Virus record (IMG/VR): IMGVR_UViG_3300025676_000043
Span: 1 to 37,528 of that record
DNA length: 37,528 bases
Source: a virus
Lineage: Duplodnaviria; Caudoviricetes
Reading direction: 5' to 3' (one strand)
Positions 26,222 to 34,760 of this stretch are shown here, in pieces. The notes beneath the pieces were generated by a model. It saw only the letters and a program-made list of their open reading frames with translations. It made no database searches and was not told the origin of the DNA. Made by a program: the position numbers and the translations under genes. How positions within the stretch are numbered: the first letter of the stretch is position 1; every line of letters starts with the position of its first letter.

Positions 26222-27109
26222 GTGAGCCGTGTAGCAGAACTAAGACGCGAAGCCGAATGGCGTAGATGCAGCGAAGACGAAGCCTACTTCCTACGCAGGT
26301 ATTGGAGTATAGCGCATCCAGCGCACGGACGAATATTGTTCGACCTGCGCGCTGCACAAGAACACGCCCTGAAAGAATGGGCCGAAAATCGGTACTCCCT
26401 AACATTAAAGGCCCGCCAAATAGGTTGGTCGACACTCGTGGCGGCACACCAGTTTTGGTTAGCGTTTTTTCATCCTGATCAAAACATTATTGATCTGTCT
26501 CGTACTGAACGCGAATCAGTCCTGCTGTTAAAGAAAACTAAGTACGGGTTTAAACATTTACCCGACTGGATGTTAGCAAGAGGGCCGAAGTCGCTGATGG
26601 AACATCAGCAGCGGATGGGTTTCGACAACGGATCGCAAATCGTGTCGATGCCATCTGCTTCGGATCCTGCTCGTGGCGAGTCTGCTTCTTTGATTGTGGT
26701 CGATGAGTGGGCGTTTTTGCCTAACGCTGAGGAGGCGTGGGCTTCTATTGAGCCTGTTGCCGATGTTGGTGGCCGTATTATTGGTCTTAGTACTGCGAAT
26801 GGTTCTGGTAACTTTTACCACCAGTTGTGGGTTGGTGCTTCTACTGGTACCAACAAGTTCGCTCCAATGTTTTTTCCTTGGTCTGCGACTGAGGATCGTG
26901 CGGAGGGCTGGTATCAGGAGAAGGTCGATTCGATGCTTCCTTGGCAGTTGGCTCAAGAATATCCGACTACTCCCGAAGAGGCGTTTATCAAGTCAGGTAA
27001 CCCTGTCTTTGATTTAGACATTTTGGAGAAGATGGAGCAATTCTGTCGTCCGGGTATCGAAGGCTGGTTGCATTCCGTTACTCCACGAGTGGTGGAGTTT
27101 CGGACATGA
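26222..27109 (+). CDS. terL: terminase large subunit, N-terminal ATPase half
   Basis: Walker A LKARQIGWST, Walker B LIVVDEWAF, coupling motif GLSTANG, QEYP..PEEAF. Confidence 0.9.
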   Translation: MSRVAELRREAEWRRCSEDEAYFLRRYWSIAHPAHGRILFDLRAAQEHALKEWAENRYSLTLKARQIGWSTLVAAHQFWLAFFHPDQNIIDLSRTERESVLLLKKTKYGFKHLPDWMLARGPKSLMEHQQRMGFDNGSQIVSMPSASDPARGESASLIVVDEWAFLPNAEEAWASIEPVADVGGRIIGLSTANGSGNFYHQLWVGASTGTNKFAPMFFPWSATEDRAEGWYQEKVDSMLPWQLAQEYPTTPEEAFIKSGNPVFDLDILEKMEQFCRPGIEGWLHSVTPRVVEFRT

Positions 27110-27777
27110 CTTTGACTGTGTGGCGTGAACCTGAGTCGCATCATGCGTATGTGATGGGTGTCGATACGGCTGAGGGTTTGGCTCACGGCGATTATTCGTG
27201 CATACAGGTGTTGGATGTTAAAACAGGGGTACAGTGCGCTGTATGGCATGGCCATATCCCACCCGACGAGTTGGCTAACGAGGTACACAATCTTGGCGTG
27301 TGGTACAATAATGCGTTGTGTTGCGTCGAGTCGAACAACCACGGGTTGACTACTATTGTCCAGTTGCGCCAGTTAGGTTACCCTAACATGTTTAGGAAAC
27401 GTTCGTTGAATCAGGTTACGAGCAAAGTGTCGCAGGAGTTTGGGTGGAAAACCACTCGTACATCTAAACCTTTGTTGATTGATGATTTGGGTATGGCTAT
27501 CCGTAACAACGAGTTGCAGTTGCTGGATCGGTATACGGTCGCTGAGTTGCGGTCTTATGTGCGTAACGAGCGGGGAACCATGTCTGGTTCACCGCACGAT
27601 GACAGGGTGATGGCTTTGGCTTTATCTAATCAGATGCGCCAGTACGCGTTTATGCCAGAGTATGCACCCAAGGTTGACGATTATTGGACTGTTGATTGGT
27701 TTGCGCGCCTGATTACGGGCGATCAAGAGCATCTCGATACTCGTATTGGGGCTTCTACGACTCGCGGGTCGGTGTAG
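27106..27777 (+). CDS. terL: terminase large subunit, C-terminal RNase H-like nuclease half
   Basis: YVMGVDTAEG...GDYSCIQV, VESNNHG, GWKTT..SKP, HDDRVMALA; own GGAG RBS and ATGA overlap. Confidence 0.9.
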   Translation: MTLTVWREPESHHAYVMGVDTAEGLAHGDYSCIQVLDVKTGVQCAVWHGHIPPDELANEVHNLGVWYNNALCCVESNNHGLTTIVQLRQLGYPNMFRKRSLNQVTSKVSQEFGWKTTRTSKPLLIDDLGMAIRNNELQLLDRYTVAELRSYVRNERGTMSGSPHDDRVMALALSNQMRQYAFMPEYAPKVDDYWTVDWFARLITGDQEHLDTRIGASTTRGSV

Positions 27778-27779
27778 TT

Positions 27780-27803
27780 GGGACACTTTGTCCCTTCTTT
27801 ATG
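27780..27803 (+). promoter_or_regulatory. putative late promoter motif, copy 4 (palindromic GGGACA-ctt-TGTCCC)
   Basis: GGGACACTTTGTCCCTTCTTTATG immediately after the terminase stop. Confidence 0.65.
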
Positions 27804-27829
27804 AAGATATATCTTTAGGAGGATATTTC

Positions 27830-28093
27830 ATGGCTAAATTTGTTTCGCAAACCAACGGCACTGTGTCGATGGATGGCGCTAAAGGTTCTAACAACAAAAT
27901 GGTTCGCGGTGCGAGCGTTGTTGCCAACAAGGTTGCCCCCGGCGGTTCACAACGTTCAAAAGAACGTACCTCTGGTGGCACCAAAACTGGTGGCGATAGC
28001 GAGTTTGGTGCAGGTGTTTCCCCTCGCATGACTCCAAAAAACCAGCATGGTCTGGGCGGCAAAGTAGAACCTGCTTCCAAGCAGTCTGCGTAG
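27830..28093 (+). CDS. small basic G/S/K-rich hypothetical protein
   Basis: AGGAGG RBS before ATG 27830 (MAKFVSQTNG...). Confidence 0.7.
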   Translation: MAKFVSQTNGTVSMDGAKGSNNKMVRGASVVANKVAPGGSQRSKERTSGGTKTGGDSEFGAGVSPRMTPKNQHGLGGKVEPASKQSA

Positions 28094-28095
28094 TT

Positions 28096-28365
28096 GTGGC
28101 GGTTTTACCGCCTGATGCTACGTTTGAAGAGTTTTGTAAAGAAACTCTTTCTTTGCGTGGCATGCTAACTCACGACGAGTTGGTTGAACGGTGGGAGTTT
28201 CGTCAAAAAATACGGTCGGTCAAAGTTCATAACGGTGAGGTCGCTAATGCTTTGCGGCCTAGCGATGAACGTGGATTGACAAAAAGGGAGCGCAGCGACA
28301 AGATTGTTGCTGAGGCTAAAGCACAGGGTCGCAACATCGAACCTGTGCAGAAACAATGGAGTTAG
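28096..28365 (+). CDS. hypothetical protein
   Basis: 89 aa ORF filling the gap before the portal. Confidence 0.65.
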   Translation: MAVLPPDATFEEFCKETLSLRGMLTHDELVERWEFRQKIRSVKVHNGEVANALRPSDERGLTKRERSDKIVAEAKAQGRNIEPVQKQWS

Positions 28366-28368
28366 GTC

Positions 28369-30258
28369 ATGGCTCGTAAAACACGCGTCGAGAAGTATGA
28401 GTTGGCTCGTGAACGGTTAGAGGCTTCTGCGCGTTGGCGTGAAGATAACGGGTACGACGATTTGTGGCGTCGTATGATCGATTTGTACCGCGGTAAACAT
28501 TGGCCAAAAACAACCTCGAATGAGGATTTGATCGCCGTCAACTTGGCGTTTTCGACTATCAACGTTATTGCTCCGTCTGTATCGGTTAACCACCCTAAGA
28601 TTGTTATTACTCCGACTAAGCCCGAGGATGAAGATCGCGCTATTTTCGTTGAAGCGGTCGTGAACCATTTGTGGAAGCATCATGATTTCCGCACTCCGTT
28701 CCGTAACGCTGTTAAAGATTTCCTTATCTTTGGCCACGGGTGGATTAAAGTTGGTTGGAAGTTTACCGAGCAGGAGCGTTCCATTAGCGATACTGAACGC
28801 GACGAATTGTTGGGGGAACAGATCAATGAGGCCGACAGGTTTGCGGTGGAGAACCCTGATCTTGCGGCTGAGGTGCCTACCGATGAAGAGATTGCAGCAA
28901 ACTTACCGTCTTCGCAGTCTGTTGTTGTTGAGGATCAGCCATTTGTGGAGCGTATCTCCCCGTTTGATGTGTTTGTAGATCCTGAGGCAACGACTCTAGA
29001 AGCCGCAAAGTGGGTGGCGCAGCGTGTCGTCCGTACTCTCGATGAGGCGCAGGGCGATAAACGATATAAGCCCTCTGTGCGTCGCCGTTTAACCGCTGAT
29101 GCTTCTATTTCGGAGTCTCGCCAAAACCCGACAAAGGACGACCGTTTCGTGTCGGACGCTGAACGGGTTGTTGTATGGGAATACTACGACATTATTAATA
29201 ACACTATGTCTATTTTGGCGGATTCGGGCGACGAGTTTCTTGTCGATCCGACTCCGATGCCGTATGCGTATGGTCAACCGTTCGTGATGATCCGCAACTA
29301 TGATGTGCCGGATTATTTTTATCCGATGGGTGACTTGGAGGCTCTCGAGTCTTTACAGGAGGAACTTGATAAGACTCGTTCTCAGTTGGTGAATGCTCGT
29401 AAACGGTATGGGCGTAAATACTTGTACCATGAGCGTTCGTTTGGGCCTGAGGGCCGCGAAGCCTTGGAATCTGAGGAAGATGGCCGCTTTGTTCCCGTTG
29501 TTGACGAGAACAAACCGTTGTCGGAAGTGATTATTCCGTTGCCTCAGATCCCGTTATCGCCTGAAGTTTATAATACTTCTTCGATTATTGAAAACGATAT
29601 TAACACTGTGTCTGGGGTGTCGGAGTATGCGCGTGGCCAAATGCCAGAGATACGGCGTACCGCTACTGAAGCGGCTATTGTCGCTGATGCTGGTAATGCT
29701 CGCGCGTCTGACAAACTCGCTATTGTCGAGTTGTCAATCGGGGTTATTGCTCGTCGCGTCATTCAGGTGATGCAACAGTTTATGACTGGTGAACAAATGG
29801 CTCACGTTGCTGCTAATAGTGGCGACAATCTGTTTGTGCCTTATGGCCGGGAAGACATTATAGGCGAGTACACGTTTAGTGTTGAGGCTGGATCCACTCA
29901 GCCGATTAACGATACGATGCGTAAGCAGCAGGCTGTTTCTTTGTTGAACGCTTTGGCCCCCTTGGTGGGTACCATTATTGATCCTGCGGCTCTGGCTAAA
30001 CACGTATTGCAGCAGGGCTTTGGGGTTAAGAATCCTGAAAAGTTTTTGATGCAGCAGCAACCAATGATGCCTGAGGGTGATCCTGCTGCTGAAGGGGGTG
30101 ACCCATCTATGGGGCCACCTCCGGGTATGGGGCCGCCTCCGGGTATGCCGATGGGCGGGCCGCCGGGCGGAGACGCTTTTGGCGCTTCCGGCGGGGTGCC
30201 TCCTGAGTTGTTAGCGCAAATGCAAGGCCAAATGGGTTTGGATTTGTCTAACTTGTAG
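28369..30258 (+). CDS. portal protein (podovirus/P22-like)
   Basis: 629 aa after terminase; YRGKHW, FGHGWIKVGW, ERISPFDVFVDP, SGVSEYARG, RTATEA; MGPPPG low-complexity tail. Confidence 0.88.
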   Translation: MARKTRVEKYELARERLEASARWREDNGYDDLWRRMIDLYRGKHWPKTTSNEDLIAVNLAFSTINVIAPSVSVNHPKIVITPTKPEDEDRAIFVEAVVNHLWKHHDFRTPFRNAVKDFLIFGHGWIKVGWKFTEQERSISDTERDELLGEQINEADRFAVENPDLAAEVPTDEEIAANLPSSQSVVVEDQPFVERISPFDVFVDPEATTLEAAKWVAQRVVRTLDEAQGDKRYKPSVRRRLTADASISESRQNPTKDDRFVSDAERVVVWEYYDIINNTMSILADSGDEFLVDPTPMPYAYGQPFVMIRNYDVPDYFYPMGDLEALESLQEELDKTRSQLVNARKRYGRKYLYHERSFGPEGREALESEEDGRFVPVVDENKPLSEVIIPLPQIPLSPEVYNTSSIIENDINTVSGVSEYARGQMPEIRRTATEAAIVADAGNARASDKLAIVELSIGVIARRVIQVMQQFMTGEQMAHVAANSGDNLFVPYGREDIIGEYTFSVEAGSTQPINDTMRKQQAVSLLNALAPLVGTIIDPAALAKHVLQQGFGVKNPEKFLMQQQPMMPEGDPAAEGGDPSMGPPPGMGPPPGMPMGGPPGGDAFGASGGVPPELLAQMQGQMGLDLSNL

Positions 30259-30262
30259 CATT

Positions 30263-30286
30263 GGGACAGTTTGTCCCTTTATATAG
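30263..30286 (+). promoter_or_regulatory. putative late promoter motif, copy 5 (palindromic GGGACA-gtt-TGTCCC)
   Basis: GGGACAGTTTGTCCCTTTATATAG upstream of scaffold and capsid. Confidence 0.7.
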
Positions 30287-30320
30287 AGCAACCCGTTTGG
30301 GACTCTAGGAAGGTAATGAA

Positions 30321-31082
30321 ATGGATAACGAGTTGACGGAACCCACTGAGGTGGATACTTCGGAAGCGTTGATTGAGGGTTCTGAGGAACCTGCGGGCGA
30401 GTCGTACACCGTGACGGTGGATGGCGACGAAACGCAGGTCAGTCTTAGTGAACTTCAAGACGGCTACCAACGACAAGCGGATTACACTCGTAAAACGCAA
30501 GAGTTGGCAGGCGAGCGGAAACGGTTACAGCAAGCAGAGGCAATTGTGTCTTCGTTGGAGTCAGATCCTGCGGGGACATTAAACGCTTTGGGTGAGGCTT
30601 TTGGGGTTAGTCCCCCTCCGCCGCAGGCTCCCACTCCTCAACGTGCCACGGATTCGTGGGACGATGATTGGAGCGAGGAACAACCTGTGAAAGAGGATGG
30701 TACTTCTCTGAGGGTTGCTCATTTGGAGGCGCGTCTTGAGCAGCAGGATCGTTTATCCCGCAGACAAGCAGTTGAACAACAAGTTGAAGGTCTTAAAGAT
30801 CAGTATGGGGACTTTAGTTCTGATGATCTTTTCCAACACGCGTTGCGCCATAAAATCGGGAACCTAGAAGCAGCATTAACACATATGCGTTTCGGTGATG
30901 TTTCTGAACGTGCAGCAAAGTTGGAGAAGGAAGCGGAACGCACTGGTGCTAAACGAGACGCTGGGGTGGTTGAATCTTCGGGTTCTAAAGCCGCCGGAGC
31001 GGTGTCGTCCAAAGCATCTGGTGATAAGGGTCCACAAACTGTTCGAGAGGCTTTCATTCAGGCCAAGAAAAACTTGGTTTGA
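30321..31082 (+). CDS. capsid scaffolding protein
   Basis: Acidic N-terminus; VTVDGDETQVSLSELQDGYQRQADYTRKTQELA signature; lies between portal and capsid. Confidence 0.85.
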   Translation: MDNELTEPTEVDTSEALIEGSEEPAGESYTVTVDGDETQVSLSELQDGYQRQADYTRKTQELAGERKRLQQAEAIVSSLESDPAGTLNALGEAFGVSPPPPQAPTPQRATDSWDDDWSEEQPVKEDGTSLRVAHLEARLEQQDRLSRRQAVEQQVEGLKDQYGDFSSDDLFQHALRHKIGNLEAALTHMRFGDVSERAAKLEKEAERTGAKRDAGVVESSGSKAAGAVSSKASGDKGPQTVREAFIQAKKNLV

Positions 31083-31106
31083 TTAATTATTTCACGGAGG
31101 TGAAAA

Positions 31107-32051
31107 ATGACAGTAGCAAATAGCAATTTTGATGCAATCCTTTCCACCACCCTTAATAACTACGTTCCTAAACTGACTGACAACGTTTTTTCGGCTCGGC
31201 CTCTGTTTTATGCCTTGACGAATGGTCAGTCTATTCGACGTATTTCGGGTGGCGCTAAGATTGTAGTCCCAATCATTCATGGAACTAACAGTACTGTTGG
31301 TTCTTACTCTGGCGACGGTGTGATCCCTACTACTGCCCAAACGGGTATTAGTGCGGCTGAGTTTGATTGGAAACAATACGCTGCTTCGGTAACCATTACT
31401 GGTATTGAAGAAGCAAAAAACAACGGTGAAGCACAAATAATTGATTTGCTTGAAGGTAAAATCTTCCAAGCGCAAGAATCTATTATTGAAGGCATGAACA
31501 CCATGTTGTGGGGTACCGCTTCTGGTACTGATTGGAACGGCTTGGGCGACCTTGTTGATTCAACTGGTTCTGTTGGTGGTATTGATCCGGCTGCGGTATC
31601 TCCCGCTGATAACGCTTTCTGGGCTTCCTCAGAAACCGCTGTTGGTGGCGCTTTAACCACCGCCGCTATGGCAACCATGTACAACAACGTGTCGGTCGGC
31701 AACGATCAACCGTCCATTATCATCACGACTCAAGCCGCATACGAAGCGTATGAGAACTTGTTGACTGATCAAATCCGTTACACCGATACCGATGTAGCGG
31801 ATGCTGGGTTCCAGAACTTATTGTTCAAGGGCGCTCCGATCACGTTTGATGACCAATGTACAGCGGGCGACATGCTTTTCCTGAACACCAAGTACCTGCG
31901 TCTCGTAGGCCACTCTGATGTTTGGTTCAAGGCAACACCGTTTGTACGGCCTACCAACATAGATGCTGTGTATTCACAGATCCTTTGTTACGGTAACTTG
32001 ACGATCAGCAACCGCGCTCGTCAGGGCAAACTAACTGGTATCACTAGTTAA
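31107..32051 (+). CDS. major capsid protein
   Basis: GGAGG RBS; LTDNVF..RPL, GGAKIVVPI, AEFDWKQYA, GFQNLLFKG, YGNLTISNRARQGKL; follows the scaffold. Confidence 0.9.
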   Translation: MTVANSNFDAILSTTLNNYVPKLTDNVFSARPLFYALTNGQSIRRISGGAKIVVPIIHGTNSTVGSYSGDGVIPTTAQTGISAAEFDWKQYAASVTITGIEEAKNNGEAQIIDLLEGKIFQAQESIIEGMNTMLWGTASGTDWNGLGDLVDSTGSVGGIDPAAVSPADNAFWASSETAVGGALTTAAMATMYNNVSVGNDQPSIIITTQAAYEAYENLLTDQIRYTDTDVADAGFQNLLFKGAPITFDDQCTAGDMLFLNTKYLRLVGHSDVWFKATPFVRPTNIDAVYSQILCYGNLTISNRARQGKLTGITS

Positions 32052-32061
32052 CCTTAGGGTT

Positions 32062-32098
32062 GTTGGGGGTGGCAGCCTTTGGGCTGCTGCCCCTCAAC
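32062..32098 (+). terminator. hairpin after the capsid gene (terminator or processing site)
   Basis: GTTGGGGGTGGCAGCC-tttg-GGCTGCTGCCCCTCAAC; lacks a strong U-tract. Confidence 0.6.
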
Positions 32099-32114
32099 TA
32101 ATTGGAGAATATTC

Positions 32115-32378
32115 ATGGCTCGCAGTTTCGCAATCTCTCATAGTTCTTCTTCTCGTCCTGCTGGGGAACCAGCCAATAACTTTCGGGCTTTGAATCCTGC
32201 TCCGCATTCTACGGCGGGTCGGAACATTCAGAAAGTTAATCCGATGGGGCCGAAACGGGAAACAATTATTGAGGTTTGCTCAGCGACTACCAAGGCTGGT
32301 AGTTCGTGTAAGGCCCGCCCTGTGGCGGGTACTGGACTCTGCGTGTTTCATGGAGGCGCCAAAACGGAAGGATTGTAA
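32115..32378 (+). CDS. small protein with C-terminal C3H Zn-finger (HGGxSTG-like)
   Basis: GGAG RBS before ATG 32115; CSATTKAGSSCKARPVAGTGLCVFHGG. Confidence 0.65.
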   Translation: MARSFAISHSSSSRPAGEPANNFRALNPAPHSTAGRNIQKVNPMGPKRETIIEVCSATTKAGSSCKARPVAGTGLCVFHGGAKTEGL

Positions 32379-33055
32379 TGCAACTATCTGAAATGCGCAA
32401 CTATGTTCGCAATGTTGTCGATATCGATGATACAGATATTTCTGATCCCACGTTGAATGCTTTCATTGGTGAGGGTTACGATCTTATTGTTTATTCTGAG
32501 AAGCGTTGGCCGTTTTTTGAGGCAGCCAACACGTTCCTCACTGCCAATGGAACTAAAGATTATTCGCTGGCTACTGTTGGTGTTAACGTTACTCAGGGTT
32601 TGCGGGAAATCAATTCTCTACGCACAGATAAACACGTTATAGAATATATTGGTTCCGACGATGGCGACATCATGTATCCGTTGGATTCGACTAATACTGG
32701 GGAACCCTTGTACTGGTCGTATTGGGGTGAAAGTGTTCGCTTCTACCCTACCCCCGACGCTGCGTACACTATTTCGATGCGGGGTTACCGCAACGCTGAA
32801 GCGTTTTCGGCAGACACAGACTCGCCTGATTTGCCTGATGCGTTTGACCGCGTATTATCGTTGTACGCTATTTACCGTTCGTATCAGCAGCAAGAAGACG
32901 GCGGCATGGCGCAACAATACTATGTGTCGTTTGTCGGCGAGTTAGATAATTTGGCTAAACGGTTTAACGATACTCCTGCTGCTCAACCTATGATTTTGAA
33001 TAGTCGGCGTTCTGGCCGTAGAGGATTGTCTCGTATGCGTTACTCTTGGGAGTAG
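32378..33055 (+). CDS. head-tail adaptor / tail tubular protein A-like
   Basis: MQLSEMRNYVR, RWPF, G.P.Y, VRFYPTPD..YTI, PDLPDAF; position after the capsid. Confidence 0.7.
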   Translation: MQLSEMRNYVRNVVDIDDTDISDPTLNAFIGEGYDLIVYSEKRWPFFEAANTFLTANGTKDYSLATVGVNVTQGLREINSLRTDKHVIEYIGSDDGDIMYPLDSTNTGEPLYWSYWGESVRFYPTPDAAYTISMRGYRNAEAFSADTDSPDLPDAFDRVLSLYAIYRSYQQQEDGGMAQQYYVSFVGELDNLAKRFNDTPAAQPMILNSRRSGRRGLSRMRYSWE

Positions 33056-33058
33056 CGG

Positions 33059-34759
33059 ATGGCTTTATCTAGTTTTGTTCCGCCTGCTTCTAGCGGCGAA
33101 CCGTACCGTTACGAAGAGTTAAATGATTTTACGGGTGGTTTGAATCTGCGCGCCGATCAGTCTTCTTTGGCTCCTAACGAGTCGCCTGACTTGCTGAACG
33201 TTGATGTCGACCCTCGTGGCGGTGTGGAGCGTCGCGACAATATTGATGCTTTGAATACAACTGCGTTGAACGGCGACATTTTGATGATCGCCGATCATTT
33301 CGAGACCACTAGCGGTACTGAACAGATCATTGTGGCTGCTAAGAATAGTGCTGGTACTGGTACGGAACTTTGGTTTGGGACTGGTGGAAATTTTACTCTA
33401 ATTGAGGACGCGACTGGGGTTGTCACGTTGACGGGGGTTTCTGTTCCTTCGTCGGTGACGTTTAACGATTCGACTTATATTTCTAACGGCGAGTTGTTCG
33501 ACAGTCCTGCGGACAAGTCGGCGTTGCGTTGGCGTGGAGGTAACTCTGGTACTGCGTTAACGCTGGGTGTCGGCGATTGGGGTGCTAACGGCCATTTTCC
33601 TCAGGCACGGTTTACTACTACTTGGGGTGAACGGGTTTGGGCTGCGTATACGACGGAGGCAAGCACGGATCGGGCTTCGTTGATTCGTTGGTCTAAAATC
33701 AACGATGCTGAGAATTGGCTCGAAGCGGATTATATTGAGGTCGACATCGGGGAGCATGGTGACGCTATTACGGCGATTGTTCCTGATGGTGATCGGTTGC
33801 TTGTTTTTAAGCAGGAATCTGTTTATGCTATTTATGGTTTTGATTCGGATACGTTTCAGGTTGTTAACTTGACTCGTGCCGCTGGGTGCCGTTCTGGGAC
33901 GGTTCCTGTCGCTACTCCTCTTGGAGTGTTTTTTTGGTATGCCGAAGAGGGCTTATTTTTGTTGAGCCAGCAGGGTTTGGCTCATATTTTTTCTCGTTTG
34001 AAACCTGCTGTTGAGAACGGGTTTCTGACGTTGTCGAATGCGCCGTCTTTAATGTGGTTTGATCAACGGTTGTGGTTGTCTGTGGATTTCCAGTCGGGGG
34101 ATAACCATACTGGGTCGTCTCAGTCGGGTCGCCGTAACATATTTATTTTGGATGGTTCGTTGGGCGAGGGGGGTGCTTGGACTCGTCATGATATTAATGC
34201 TCGCTGGTTGTGGGCTTATCGTCCGCCGGGGGATACGCATTTGGCTTTGATGGCTACCTCTGATGTTGATCTTGATTCGGTTCCGACTGGGCTGTTTACG
34301 CGTGTGTCGAAGGCGATGCAAAATAACGATAAGGATGATTATACGGGTGCGGGTTCGCAACCTATTCGGTCGCATTATCAGACTCGCTGGTTGTCTGGTA
34401 ACCGTCCGACGTTTCCGAAGCGGTGGGGTAAAACCCGTACCATATTGTTAACTGACAATACGGTTCGGGTTTCTATGCAGATTTTGAAAGATTATAACGC
34501 TTCTGGTGCCACGGTTTTGTATTCTAAGGATTTGGTAGGCGATTCGTCTACGGCTGTTTGGGGTACTGCTCGTTGGGGTATTGATTCGTGGGTGTCTTTA
34601 AGTAATTCCCGTATTTACAAGTTTTTCAGATGGCCTTCTGCTGGGACAGCGAAGGCTATATCTATAAGGTTTAGCATTGCTCCCGACGACACCTATGGTC
34701 ATGGCAAATGGGGTATGACTTCGATTGTCGGGATGTACCGAACAAGGAGAATAAGATAA
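33059..34759 (+). CDS. tail nozzle / tail tubular protein B-like (beta-propeller)
   Basis: DFTGGLN...NESPDLLNV, IRWSKI, GDAITAI...LLVFKQ; synteny. Confidence 0.7.
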   Translation: MALSSFVPPASSGEPYRYEELNDFTGGLNLRADQSSLAPNESPDLLNVDVDPRGGVERRDNIDALNTTALNGDILMIADHFETTSGTEQIIVAAKNSAGTGTELWFGTGGNFTLIEDATGVVTLTGVSVPSSVTFNDSTYISNGELFDSPADKSALRWRGGNSGTALTLGVGDWGANGHFPQARFTTTWGERVWAAYTTEASTDRASLIRWSKINDAENWLEADYIEVDIGEHGDAITAIVPDGDRLLVFKQESVYAIYGFDSDTFQVVNLTRAAGCRSGTVPVATPLGVFFWYAEEGLFLLSQQGLAHIFSRLKPAVENGFLTLSNAPSLMWFDQRLWLSVDFQSGDNHTGSSQSGRRNIFILDGSLGEGGAWTRHDINARWLWAYRPPGDTHLALMATSDVDLDSVPTGLFTRVSKAMQNNDKDDYTGAGSQPIRSHYQTRWLSGNRPTFPKRWGKTRTILLTDNTVRVSMQILKDYNASGATVLYSKDLVGDSSTAVWGTARWGIDSWVSLSNSRIYKFFRWPSAGTAKAISIRFSIAPDDTYGHGKWGMTSIVGMYRTRRIR

Positions 34760-34760
34760 T

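Noticed and set aside
27090-27115. Programmed -1 frameshift joining the terminase halves
   Set aside because: No X XXY YYZ slippery heptamer or obvious downstream structure; the RBS plus ATGA overlap favours re-initiation. Not fully excluded.
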